Of a stretch of 40,436 bases of DNA, positions 27,647 through 38,262 are shown in pieces; position 1 is the first letter of the stretch; every line of letters starts with the position of its first letter. The position numbers were made by a program, and so were the translations under genes. The stretch covers positions 1 to 40,436 of the forward strand of contig JADIIX010000170.1 of assembly GCA_027604505.1 (NCBI GenBank). The letters run 5' to 3'. Source of the DNA: Gonapodya sp. JEL0774. Its lineage: Eukaryota. The notes beneath the pieces are model-generated. The model saw only the letters and a program-made list of their open reading frames with translations. It was not told the origin of the DNA and ran no database searches.

Positions 27647-30600
27647 TCAATGTTTTGTGGACTGGTAACTCGAAACTTTGTTTCGGGGTAACGCAGACCC
27701 GCACGTGGCATCCGAGAGTTCTCCAAGGTTGCACATAGGGAACGATAAACGCGGAAAAGTGAGCTTGTCCGCTAAACCTGTGTTTCGTTGGGATTCCCGA
27801 ATTGAGATTGCCGTCCGATGTTTTGTTCCGGTTGGTCGCGTCGACACATGAACAGAGCTAATGTATTCCCTCCGCACCCGAGCAAAAGACTTTCGTGTTG
27901 TCAATATTTGAACTTCCTTAGGTACTTGTGAAAGGACGTCCTCTTGCGAAGACCAGTTGGGACCCTTCAGCCGATACTCTAGCTCTGAGGCTACTCCATC
28001 GAGGCTACTGACAGCGTCCTTGTAAGTCGCTAAGAGGGAACTGCGATGGCGAAAGACTGCTGAAGAAGGTGCCGTGCGAACTTGGACATAGTGCTCCAGG
28101 ACTTTACGCAGGGATAAATCAAGCCGAAAGCTGGAAGATTTTTCGATACTCAGGTGATACATCAAGGTCGGGTAGTGCGGTGTCGGAAGTGGAGTTACGT
28201 GCTTTGCCTGGGGGAGCTTCACTGCCGAGGCAGTGCCGGAAGTGACACCTTGATACGCCGGACATTGCGAACTCCGTCTAGAGCCCGCATGTAGCAAACC
28301 AGACTCTCCAGGTACGAGCTTTGAAGATAGTCTGTTCAGAATTTGAGACTTGATCTTTAGATTCGTTTCGACTTTTTGCTGCCGAACCAGGAATGATGCA
28401 ATTTGAGCTGCACTGTTTGCAGAAGAGGAAGTCAGAGTGGGCCCAATTTGAGACGGATAGTCGGCGATAGTCGACATGATAGACTTCCGTTGAGGTTGTG
28501 TTTTGGTTGTGGGAGCTTGCGGTTGAGGCGGAATGGTAACTCCCGGCTTTCTTCCTCGGTGGTGATGCAGATAGTCTCCTCGGAGGAGTTCCTCCTGATC
28601 ATGAATAACGTACTGATTATGAACGTCGATAAGGGCAAAAAGAGCTGCCGCTCTCAAATGAGAAGGTTCTCCCACAGCTGGAAACAGCTGCTCCGTGGCA
28701 TTGTCCGTTCGCACCAATCGAATGAGACCTTCCCACAAAGCCCGCCGGCGGATCTCCGCCGTGTAGCCGTTTGATGCCACATGTGCTAGTCCAAGGATAG
28801 CCTGGAACGCCCATCTCGCTGAGAGCCTCGAAACTTTGCGTAAAACGGTTCGTACGCTCAAGTTCGCGGTTGGTGGGAGTAACAAGAGTAACAAGATATC
28901 CGTGCAATGGAGAGAGAAGGAGGCACATGTCAGAAGATGACATATCAGCTGGGTTCCATCCTCCCTGTTAAAGAACATTTCGTAGTGAATAGCAAGAAAA
29001 GCACGGATGAGCAGTTGGAGCTCACCAGCGCTTTTCCATGGCACATTCTTCCAGAACAAAGTATATTGCTCCTTCGTCAACCCCTCGTGATGTCATATTA
29101 CGTTTGATCCGCTCATCTACCATTTCCACACTTTCATTTTTCTCGGAGTAACTGAAAATTTCTGTGAAGATATCATTGAGCAACGACACCATGATTCGCG
29201 ACGCCGAATTAGAGTACTTGGCGGAAGGATCAGTCGCTAAAGCGAAGCAATCATGAAATGATGAATTCGCCGGGGACAATTCATTGTTCGAGCCCTTGGA
29301 AGATTGTGAGGCGGACCGGATGTGCGACGGGGTGGGTTGTGAAAGAGGTCCCAAGGCCGAGCAGATCCACGATATCTTTAAAATAGAGAGAGCAAACTCA
29401 TTTCTTTACCGTGGCTCAAAAAGGCGCCAAATCAAGTTCGCAGACTCACCTTCTGGACGGAATCCCAAATCAAATGTTCTGATAAGACATCATCTCTTAC
29501 GCCTGCTCCTATCAACGATGAAAGAACTGCCCGACATCTTGCAAGAACTCCAACGACGCGACCTGAATCCGCTGCAAACAAAGCGCCAATGCGTCGTCGC
29601 AAGGCCGAAGCGGTAGAGCTCGACGGCCGGGATGTTGCCGTAGGAGCCGATCGGGACGCCATGGTAAGTGAAGAGTCAACATAAAAGGAGAAACGAAGGA
29701 GCGCCAGATGGCAGCACTGTAGTGGGGAGCATGGTCGTCGTGAGCGTGTGGTTATCGAAATCTTCAATTTTCCGAGAAAACAAGCGTGAATCTCACACGG
29801 ATAAGGGAGCGTACTTCTTCGAATCGATACTCATCGATGATGCACTCCCCCTTTACATCAGTGGCATTCGCTGGCATAAGGTCAGCCGGTGCGTTACCGT
29901 AGAAGGATCTTTCCAAATTATCGTCCAGCGAGTCGTGGTTCTCTTCTGGCAAACCTAGTTCTATCGCTTGGGATTGGATGTCTGGCGTATGGTCTTTGCT
30001 TGTAGTAGCAGTTTCCTCAACTTCGATTTCGGCGTATGCAAGGTGAGCACTCGGATGGCGTTGATTTTTTTTGATGGTTCGCGTTGCGAGCTGATTTGTG
30101 AGCTCAGTAAGTTGTGCGAGTAATGGCTCGAGCTCCCCCTCTCCGGCGCCCACGCAATCCGCGTAATGCTGCAGGTGGGCTTGAGAGCTCTCCAGTGGAT
30201 TTTCATTAAGAGAGCGGACGAGGATCCCCAGTGTCGCTTTCCGAAATCGAACGTCTTCCAGCTGCAAGTACTTGCACAGTTCTGTTCGTGTTCGATATAG
30301 TAATCTCAAATTCAGAGTGTCCGTTGGCATGGGCTGACTTTTGCATGCTGTCGGACTTTCCCACCTGGCACTGGTGGAGTGGAGAAGCAATTCATGGAAG
30401 GAGACGAGTCGCCGAAGTGTAACTTGATGAAGCGAGAGCAAGTTTCTCGGAAGAGAGGATGTAGGGCTTCGAAGAGAGTGATCTTCTTGGGTTTGTTCGT
30501 CTCGACATGTCGGTGATCCGAATCGCCGAAACTTTGAGTTGAAATGACGAATGAAGCGCTCTGATTCCACTGGATCGCTCAAAACAGCTTCAGCACATGC

Positions 30601-30756
30601 TCCACTGGTGTTTCGTTTGCTCTTGTCGGCTTTCGAAAGAGTCTTGTCCTGTGTTCTCCCAATAGACATCCGCAATCGGTCATCCCTGGCCTTCTGAGCT
30701 GCCCCAGCAGATGCCAGGAGCCAAGAGTGTTTGACCAGGACGGTAATATGGGACAT
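27647..30756 (-). CDS. Large hypothetical protein, spliced, helical-repeat-like composition, no recognised domain
   Basis: Two long same-strand ORFs (330 aa at 29764-30756 and 477 aa at 27647-29080) with intervening ORF pieces and GT-AG sites; convergent with the kinesin across an AT-rich 88-bp gap. Confidence 0.6.
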
Positions 30757-32663
30757 TCAAGGTGTGATTCATTCAGCAATCACTTGAATTCATTGGGAAC
30801 ATGAGTCAGTGCCGGATATCTTGTGAAAGTTTGAAGGGAGGAGCCCCATTTCGACTTCACAGGCTGTGAAGTACATGGATCAGCGAACTGGCGAGAGAAA
30901 CAAAACCGCTGTCAAAGTGTCAGCTTACGATCGAATACTTCCTTCAATACGAATAGGTTACAGTAACGCATCGATGAGGGTACTCGGGTCCCAGCTCCCG
31001 ACTATCAACTCCAAGCTTCACCCTTTCATTGGTACTCTCAGTTTGAAATAAATTGGAGAATTGGTATCTATAAAGTATATGGACACACCTACGAAATACA
31101 TAGTGGAACTGGTGATCGGTTTGCAATGAAATATCCAATGAAGACCAGTTCGACAAAGTGCGTCAAGGCTCGACTCGCTGCCCACAATATCGTGTGAGAG
31201 TGTCACGGACGAGGTGGAGGGGAGGAGGGGGTGGGGCGCGGTGAGGCATGGTCAACACCATGGCTCAAGCCTAATATCATGATCCACCACTCATTCAATG
31301 TGCCGCTCCGACACTGGTCGTGGGACCAAGAGAAAGCTGGGTGACTGGGTGATCCGCCATGGTGGGATTGGGCTGTCACGGCCGTGTGTCGCGAGAGCCG
31401 TGAGAACGGAAGCGATGATGGGCACGTGGTGAGCTGTGGACCACCCCCGCGCCCTTTCACACAAACACACGCCGCACCATACTCCGTTAGTCCACTTGCC
31501 AGTGCGAAAAATGCTTTCTCCGTGATGGGCGCAGCGATCGACGAACCAAGACCATAGACGGCGTGACCATCGGATTCCTCACCGAAGCGATGCATTCACT
31601 CCCCTGATCCCGCGACGTCCATGAGTCGTTTCATATTTCCGTTGGTGTGAACAAACGAGATAGAGATAGAGCGTGCGTGAAGCGTTTGGCGCAGCGGATC
31701 GGACTTGGTGGCTATGCAGTCACGTTACACCAACGTACATGGAATGTCTCGGCACACGAGAGAGCGTAAACGGTGGTGTGATGGGTGAAGCAATCGCAGG
31801 CCGTGGCGAACATGACATTCTGGTGCCGGAACGGAATCGGGAAGAGAGGGTTGGTGGGGTGTCGGGGTTCCGGGCACCCCTACCTGGCTTCAAGAAAGGA
31901 AAAAACGAGGACGAGAGGAGGATGGAGCCGGAACGGTCTGGGCGCACGAGGTGGACACGGCCCAGGAATAGGTAATGGGACTGGGAGTGAGGCCGCGTCG
32001 TTCACCGCACCAGGAGGAAAGGGGCACACCAAGAGGTAGAAGAAAGAGCCCAGCATGGTGATTGTCGTATTAGCATGCGACCAGACGCACGGAAACACGC
32101 CGTATCAAACAAAACGAAAAATGGGTGATGCGCGTGTGCGAGAACCGGTGCCTTGCGGCCTGCGCTACGAACGAGAATTGAAAACATAGCATGTGTGGTA
32201 TTCACGGGACGGGTGGTTTTACCCTAATTTTTGTGGTGTTGGTGGCTTTTGATGAGATGTTCGGGTGAGGGGACAGGTGGTGATTGGTCACCGTGGTCTT
32301 CGTAGTAGCGATCGGGCAGATCGGCAAGGGCACCATGAACATACGTAACTTCCCTTGTTCTCTCACCCATGAGCCTCGATCCGTCACCAACGCGCCTCGG
32401 ACCGCACCGGGCGGGAGGTCACCACCCAGCCCCCCAAGCGGCCCAGTCCAGAAAACCTCGCGATTGAGCACACTGTGTGGGGGAGAGACGAGAGCCGGCG
32501 TGGGGAGGTGGGAGAGTGGAGATATGCAACTGGCGAGAGCCTGACACTAGAACACCCAGGGGGAGCGAATGTAGAAGTAGCGCGCTACGGCCGAGTCCTT
32601 TCGGACCGTCACTTTCATTTGTTACAATACGATATGACATGTTAACTGAGCCCAACAATTGCC

Positions 32664-32671
32664 TTTATATA
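32664..32671 (-). promoter_or_regulatory. TATA-box-like element (TATATAAA) facing the 31.0-32.6 kb non-coding region
   Basis: Minus strand GTTATATAAAGGC; no convincing protein ORF follows. Confidence 0.4.
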
Positions 32672-33243
32672 ACAACGAAGCATAACCTCTTCCGCCCACG
32701 GACCTTACCCATGGCCACGAGACCCGACTCGTTTCCTCACTCTGCTCACCTGACAAACACAATGCTTAGCACGTTTCTCCAACGATCAAACACCTCCTCC
32801 AGCACCCATCCCTCCCCTCTCTCACACGGGATGCCGAAAATGACATATAACTTCATAGAATTAGGGATATTAAGATGAGAGAAATGCCGCAGAACGGATG
32901 AACACCACCAAACTGAATCCAATCTTGCAGACACTAGATTTAAAACACCTTCCAGCGGTGGAATAAAGCTTGGGAAAGCAAGGCTTCAAAGCCAGACGTG
33001 AAGCATGTTCATGCTTCATGTCTTGTCTTGAATTCATGCTTCATGTTATGTTTTGAGTTTTGGAAGCTGTGCTTGATGATAAGATCTCCTTCTGGATCTC
33101 GTTGCTTTCGAAGCTTCGAGGGAGGGGGATGGATGGTGTGTAAGAAAGAGGAAGGAGGGAATCAGAAGGGAAGCAAAGGTTAGGCAGAGTAACGATGGGT
33201 AGAAATGCAAAACCGATGAGTCCCCCATGCAAGAGACGGAGAA

Positions 33244-33352
33244 ATTGAGTCAGACACAAAAAAGGTTCCGGTACAGCGATGACCTCATTAATCCATTCCG
33301 CATAGAGTGGGATGGGTCAGAAGAGGGAGCTGGTTATGTCATCATGCTTAAT
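33244..33352 (-). ncRNA. Box C/D snoRNA, SNORD100-like (predicted 18S Gm guide)
   Basis: Minus strand: C ATGATGA (33345-33339), guide GCTCCCTCTT, D' CTGA (33320-33317), C' ATGAGG (33288-33283), D CTGA (33253-33250), imperfect terminal stem ATTAAG/CTCAAT; guide pairs with conserved 18S GAGAGGGAGC. Confidence 0.75.
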
Positions 33353-33962
33353 AATATGATTAACAGGGGAGGGGAATCGGGACTTGGGGGGATTGGGGTG
33401 ATGGAGAGAATACACACCAGGATGGATCACAGAAGGAGAGAAGAAGGGCGGAAGGGATGAAATGGGGAGGACGTGTGGAGTGGAGTGTTTCCGTTTTGGA
33501 CTTCTTTTGCCCAGATGTGACACAGTTGGTTGTATGCGAAGTCTGCCAAATCCAGCTGTCTGTGTTCCCGACAATCATCCCTCTTCACCATCGATTCTCT
33601 CCATGTTTCCCATTTTGTACTATTGTACGATCCAATCTCCTCACTCCCTCTGGCGCTCCCTTCCCCCACAAATAGAGTCTGCACCACATGCGCTTCTTCT
33701 GAGTCTCGAAACAGAAACCATGCGGGCGAACAAAACAAAAAAAAATTAAGATTCTCAAAAATATAAGTGGAGATGGGATGTGCGAAGTCACATGTGTGAA
33801 CGGGAGCTGTGGCATCATTGACTTTATTCGAGCACACAGGAACAGTTGGGATCGAGCAGGCGGAGAAGACTAGAAAACGAGAAAACACGGCCGACAGTGC
33901 TGCTCAGTGCTGACCCGCATCCGGCCCTCTTCCATATCCTCCTACCACTCCCCTCCCCTCCG

Positions 33963-36900
33963 ATGCAGCGACACCGCGACCGCATCGCTCAAATTCTGCA
34001 TTCGATTATAAAGGTATTTTCAGATCTTGCTTGATTCCTCTCCCCGCTCTCTCTACTTCCCCCGATTCGTTTCAAATCAATCCTTTTTGTCGACAGCCTC
34101 AAGACATCCCACCGACTCTCAACAAGCTAACTGTTCGTGTCTCGTGTCTTCATTTATTGAGTTTCTTTATTTTTTACATACTGTTTTTGTTGCTTCATTA
34201 ATCTCGGTGCATTCTGGATCGTTTCTGCTGCTCGGTCTCGGGCATCCGCCCTTCCAACATGAACATCCATCCTCACACACACACCTGACGCCAAATGTCA
34301 CCACCTGCCACTCTCCGTCCTTATCTCTCACCCCGACACCCCGACACCCCCCACCCCACTCCACAACCAGTCGCCTTTCTACTCCCCCGTCACTTCAGAA
34401 CAAGATGCCCGTCTCCGTCTCGTCGCTTCAAAACTCCGATTCAACAACAGACAGGCACTCGCTGACTTACTTGACAACGCACTCGATGCCCTCTCCAACC
34501 GTCCGCGTGTCCAGCAAGACCCTGCAGTTGCCGCAATCCTCCAGATCCTGTTCGACCTCGCCAGACCACTCGAACTGCCCCAGGACACCGTGCTCGACCT
34601 CATCCGTCGAGAAGACACCGAAACCGACACGGCCACCGACTCCGTCACTCTCCCGGTCCCAGTCTCGGATGCGGACCTTTTCACCGCCATAATGCGTCAA
34701 GAACCTCTCTCAGGCCCTCACTGGTCGCATCCCTCCGCTCCTGACGCGCTCCCGGAACTGGACCTGGTCGACCCGGACGTGGAGTTTGACACCGAACTCG
34801 ACCTGTACCCTCACCTGGACACCGACCGCCACCAGGACCACGACCGCCTTCATACCCGCCCACCACCCCCACCCGCCCCCACACAACCATCCCTAGCCAC
34901 CCTCCCTTCCTTTTCCACTCCCGCACCGCCCTCACCACCAACATCCACCTTCATCCCCGCTGCCCACCTCCCCATCCTCCACGCCGCCTCCACACCCCCC
35001 ACCCCAACAACTCCCGAGCGGCACCTCCTCATCGAATGCATCCTCCTCCTCAAACATGAGAGGAACCACATCGCAACACTCGGTTCCTCTCCTCACGCAC
35101 ACAGCAACCGCACCACCGAGCGTGCGGGTGCGGTGACACTCCATCCACGATGGGCCACTTCGCCGTATAGACCATACCTAGAAAAGTTTGTCGAGGCGGC
35201 AAGGGTTGTGGCGGGGCTCGTCGTGGTGGCAGATTCCGAGACGTTCGCGGGGCGGGGGTGGTTGGGGTGGAGGCGGTCGGGGATTGGGATCGGGAGTGGT
35301 GGTGGTGACGGTGGCACTGACAGTGGTGACCCCCTCACTACAAACTCCGCTCCACCCTCCCCCTCACCCGTCCTCCCCGCCCCCACCCCACCCGCTTGCC
35401 ATCGACACCGCAACAGCCGTAGCGATACTGCAGGCGTGGTCCAGCGCCGTCAGAGAGGTCCTCGCTGGATTTTGGGAAGTGTTGGACGAGTTGGAAGCCA
35501 GTTGAGTACCGGCGGGGTCTAAGGGAAGGTGGGGGAGGGAGCTGTTACTGGTTGGGAGTTTGTTCGGATGGATCACCCGCATGTGGGGTGGTGATGCCAC
35601 CCCTGTGAGGGTAGTTCCTTTTCTTCTTTCTCCCCTCCCTATGCCCCTCTCTCTCTTTTCAATTTCTCTCTGTTCTTCTTTGTTACGGTTTCTGTCCTTG
35701 TGTTCTGGCTTTTGTCGTCGTGTGCTTTGGTTCTCGTCGCTGATGTATCGTATGGGATGTTACGGACATCCAGAATGCACCACAAGGGGTTCACCCAGGC
35801 ACATACTCGCTTACTCGCTGTTCTTTTATCCGAAACAAAATTCCATCTCACCGTTCTTCCCCCGCCACGCCTTTCCCTCTTACCACTCTCCTCTCCCCCC
35901 CAAAAGAAATCCACACTACCCTCCCCACCCTCCTCCACCTTCACACCTCGCTCATCCCCTACCTCGCCCACCTCCACCCTTTCCACACCCTCTCCGTCTC
36001 TCTCCTCTCCGCCCCCCACACCTCCGACCTCGTAGCCGCCGCTACCGTCCTCCTCACTGTGGTGTACGATCGCGCTGCCGACGTGGATAGGGGAGGTGAA
36101 TGGAAGACGTGGGAAGGGGTGTTTGGGAGGGTGGTTAGACCGGTGTTGGAGAGAGTTGAGGGTTGTGTGTGGTTGGCCATAGGGGCGAGCGTCGAGGCAG
36201 GGAGGGAGGGGCAGAGAGACAGGTATGGATCGCGTCGGAGGCGGGGAGACAGGAGTGGGAAAAGTGAATCGGAAGGGCATGTGGGCTGGTCGTTCTGTTG
36301 GCGCATGTGACCCGAGTTGACCACGCCTTCTGACCATCTCATGGCCCCCCCCCTCCCCAGCTCGAACCCGCAACCCCCCCTTCTCCCCCCCACCACCCCC
36401 GATTTCCTCCTCCCCCTCCTCCTCCCACTTACCCGCGCCCACCACCTCGCCTCTCTCCTCAACCTCCCCGTGGTCTACCCGTTCCCGCTCCCCATCGCTT
36501 CCGCCTTCGCCACTAATTTCTCCGCCATGGACGCCAGAGAACCGTTTCCGAAACGTGTCGCCGAGTGTTTGAAGTACGGCGTGGCGGAGGTGGTCGGACA
36601 CGTGAACAGGAAGCTCGTGGAAGGGGTCGCTGGTGCGGGGACAAGGATGGGGGGCTTGGGGAGGGTGGGTTGGATGTGAAGTGTGGGGGGTTGTGGGGCG
36701 AGTGGTGGTTGTTCGAGGTTCCATGCGATGGGCTGGTATATGTAGTGGACTCATGGCCTCGTTTTCGGCGGGGGGGGGGGCCCCCCCCCCCCCCCCACAC
36801 ACACACACACACGCAATCACTGCCTTTCCGCTTTCGTGTGCAAGTTCAGCTTTTTGAAACTCTATTTACGCTGGATGGGGACTTTACGGCGGCGTTCGGG

Positions 36901-38141
36901 AGGAGTTTGTTTCCTATTGTGAGTTGGGCGGCGTGGGGTGCGGAGCTCAGGTCTTGTCCCGCTGCTCGTAGTGACACCAGAGCTGAACGCTCACCGAGTT
37001 TCTGTCGATCCGCATTTGTTCACCTCACTACCATCCAGGTCGACCGCTCACACGGCACGCTCGACGAGTTCGAGCTGAACCGGTGCCTGTTCCTCCACCT
37101 GCATCCGGACTTAGTGGACGTTGTCCATCTGATCCTCGCCGAGCAGGATGGCAGGGTTCCCGCCGGGGAGATTGAAAAGGAAACGGATGAATGGGAGTTT
37201 CTTGATAGGATCAAGTGCGGTGTGAAGGTGGGTTGGGATGAGGTGTTGGAAGATTGAACGGTTTGGATATTTTTGGTGGGGTGCAAAGCAGGAATGTTGT
37301 GGTGAATCGAATCGGGTCACAATCTTTCCTGAGCGCTGCGTACTAGGTTCCCTTCCCCCTCTCGCTCATCCTTCCCCCCCACGCCCTCGAAACCGTCTCC
37401 CGCTTCTTCTCGTTTGTCCTCCAAGTCCGCTACGCGCAGAACAAGTGCGTCACTGCACTTCTGACGCCCTTCGCCTCCAATGCAAGGATCACGGCAGCCA
37501 CCACGCCCGCCACTACTTCACCTTCCACGCCGCTCTCTCGCACCTTCTACGCTATTCGCCTCCGTTTGCAAAAAGTACTCGATGCGATCGCCGCGTATAC
37601 TTTGGGTGCCGCCAAGGAGATGATTGATGGTGTGTTGCGAGGTGCCCTGGTCGAAGCGGAGGATGCCAGGGCGGTGTTGGGGGAGAAATTCCAGATTTTG
37701 GAGAGCGAGACGTTGTTGAGCGTCAAGGTGAGTTGCGTGCGACCAGGTCACGCGTTCGGGGGGGAAAAGAGGAACTGACAATGAATGCACTGGCGGTGTT
37801 GCATTTTGCTTCGATGTGCAGACCTCGGCCATCCGCGTCCACATCATTCGCATCCTCCGACTCGCCGACGACGTTACAAACCTTCCACATAAGGGCCTCT
37901 CCCCCAACAATCTGCTCGCACTTAACACCAAACTCCACACCATGTGCCGGTTCGTGTTCGATTCCATTGTGGGGCTCGCATCGCACGGCGCTTCGAGAAA
38001 ATGTGAGTTGACAAAAAGTTGTTATGTCTACGATAGGGTGCCGTAATGCTGGTCCCGTGAATAATGTTATGTTTGTCCCCGGTTTGGTTCACCCCAGTGC
38101 TGGCTTATGCGGAGGCGTTCACGCCCGGCATTTCTATGTGA
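33963..38141 (+). CDS. Gamma-tubulin complex component, GCP5-like (Spc97/Spc98 family), divergent; many exons
   Basis: N-terminal SKLRFNNRQALADLL ... AILQILFDLARP ... IMRQEPLSGPHW; GRIP1-like TLLHLHTSL ... VLLTVVYD ... VRPVLERV ... PDFLLP; GRIP2-like FTLDGDFTAAFGRSLF, VPFPLSLIL ... FSFVLQVRYA, RLRLQKVLDAIAAY; last exon ends TGA at 38139-38141. Confidence 0.78.
36770..36812. repeat. G11-C16-(AC)8 compound simple repeat in a predicted intron
   Basis: G run 36770-36780, C run 36781-36796, AC repeat 36797-36812. Confidence 0.9.
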
Positions 38142-38262
38142 TTGTTAGACTGGTCTGTTTAGAGTTAAAAATCAGGGACTATTTGGGGCTATGGCATTTG
38201 TTGTGTTGTTGCAACCCCACTGGTAGTGATCGTAAAATTAATTTCTACTGACCCCCCTCACG

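Noticed and set aside
31203..31646. Small spliced minus-strand peptide (MKRLMDVAGSGDIFRTGKWTNG...) with a Myb-like GKWT
   Set aside because: Terminates after about 47 aa without the rest of a Myb repeat; splice choices are arbitrary.
32217..32235. ACCCTAA as a telomerase template and AATTTTTGTGG as an Sm site on the plus strand
   Set aside because: Only 7 nt match TTAGGG repeats, too short for template plus alignment region; no snRNA hallmark sequence nearby; structural signals favour the other strand.
32590..32620. GTCC-GAAA-GGAC resembling hammerhead stem II
   Set aside because: Flanking CUGAUGA and GAAA core nucleotides are absent.
35250..35505. Apparent frameshift and in-frame TGA in the GCP5-like gene (pseudogene or 2-nt microexon idea)
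   Set aside because: Ordinary phase-1 GT-AG introns (about 35326-35416 and 35501-35906) restore the frame and remove the TGA.
35639..36820. 393-aa minus-strand ORF and similar antisense ORFs across the window
   Set aside because: Low-complexity shadows of GC-rich plus-strand exons and introns; no protein motifs.
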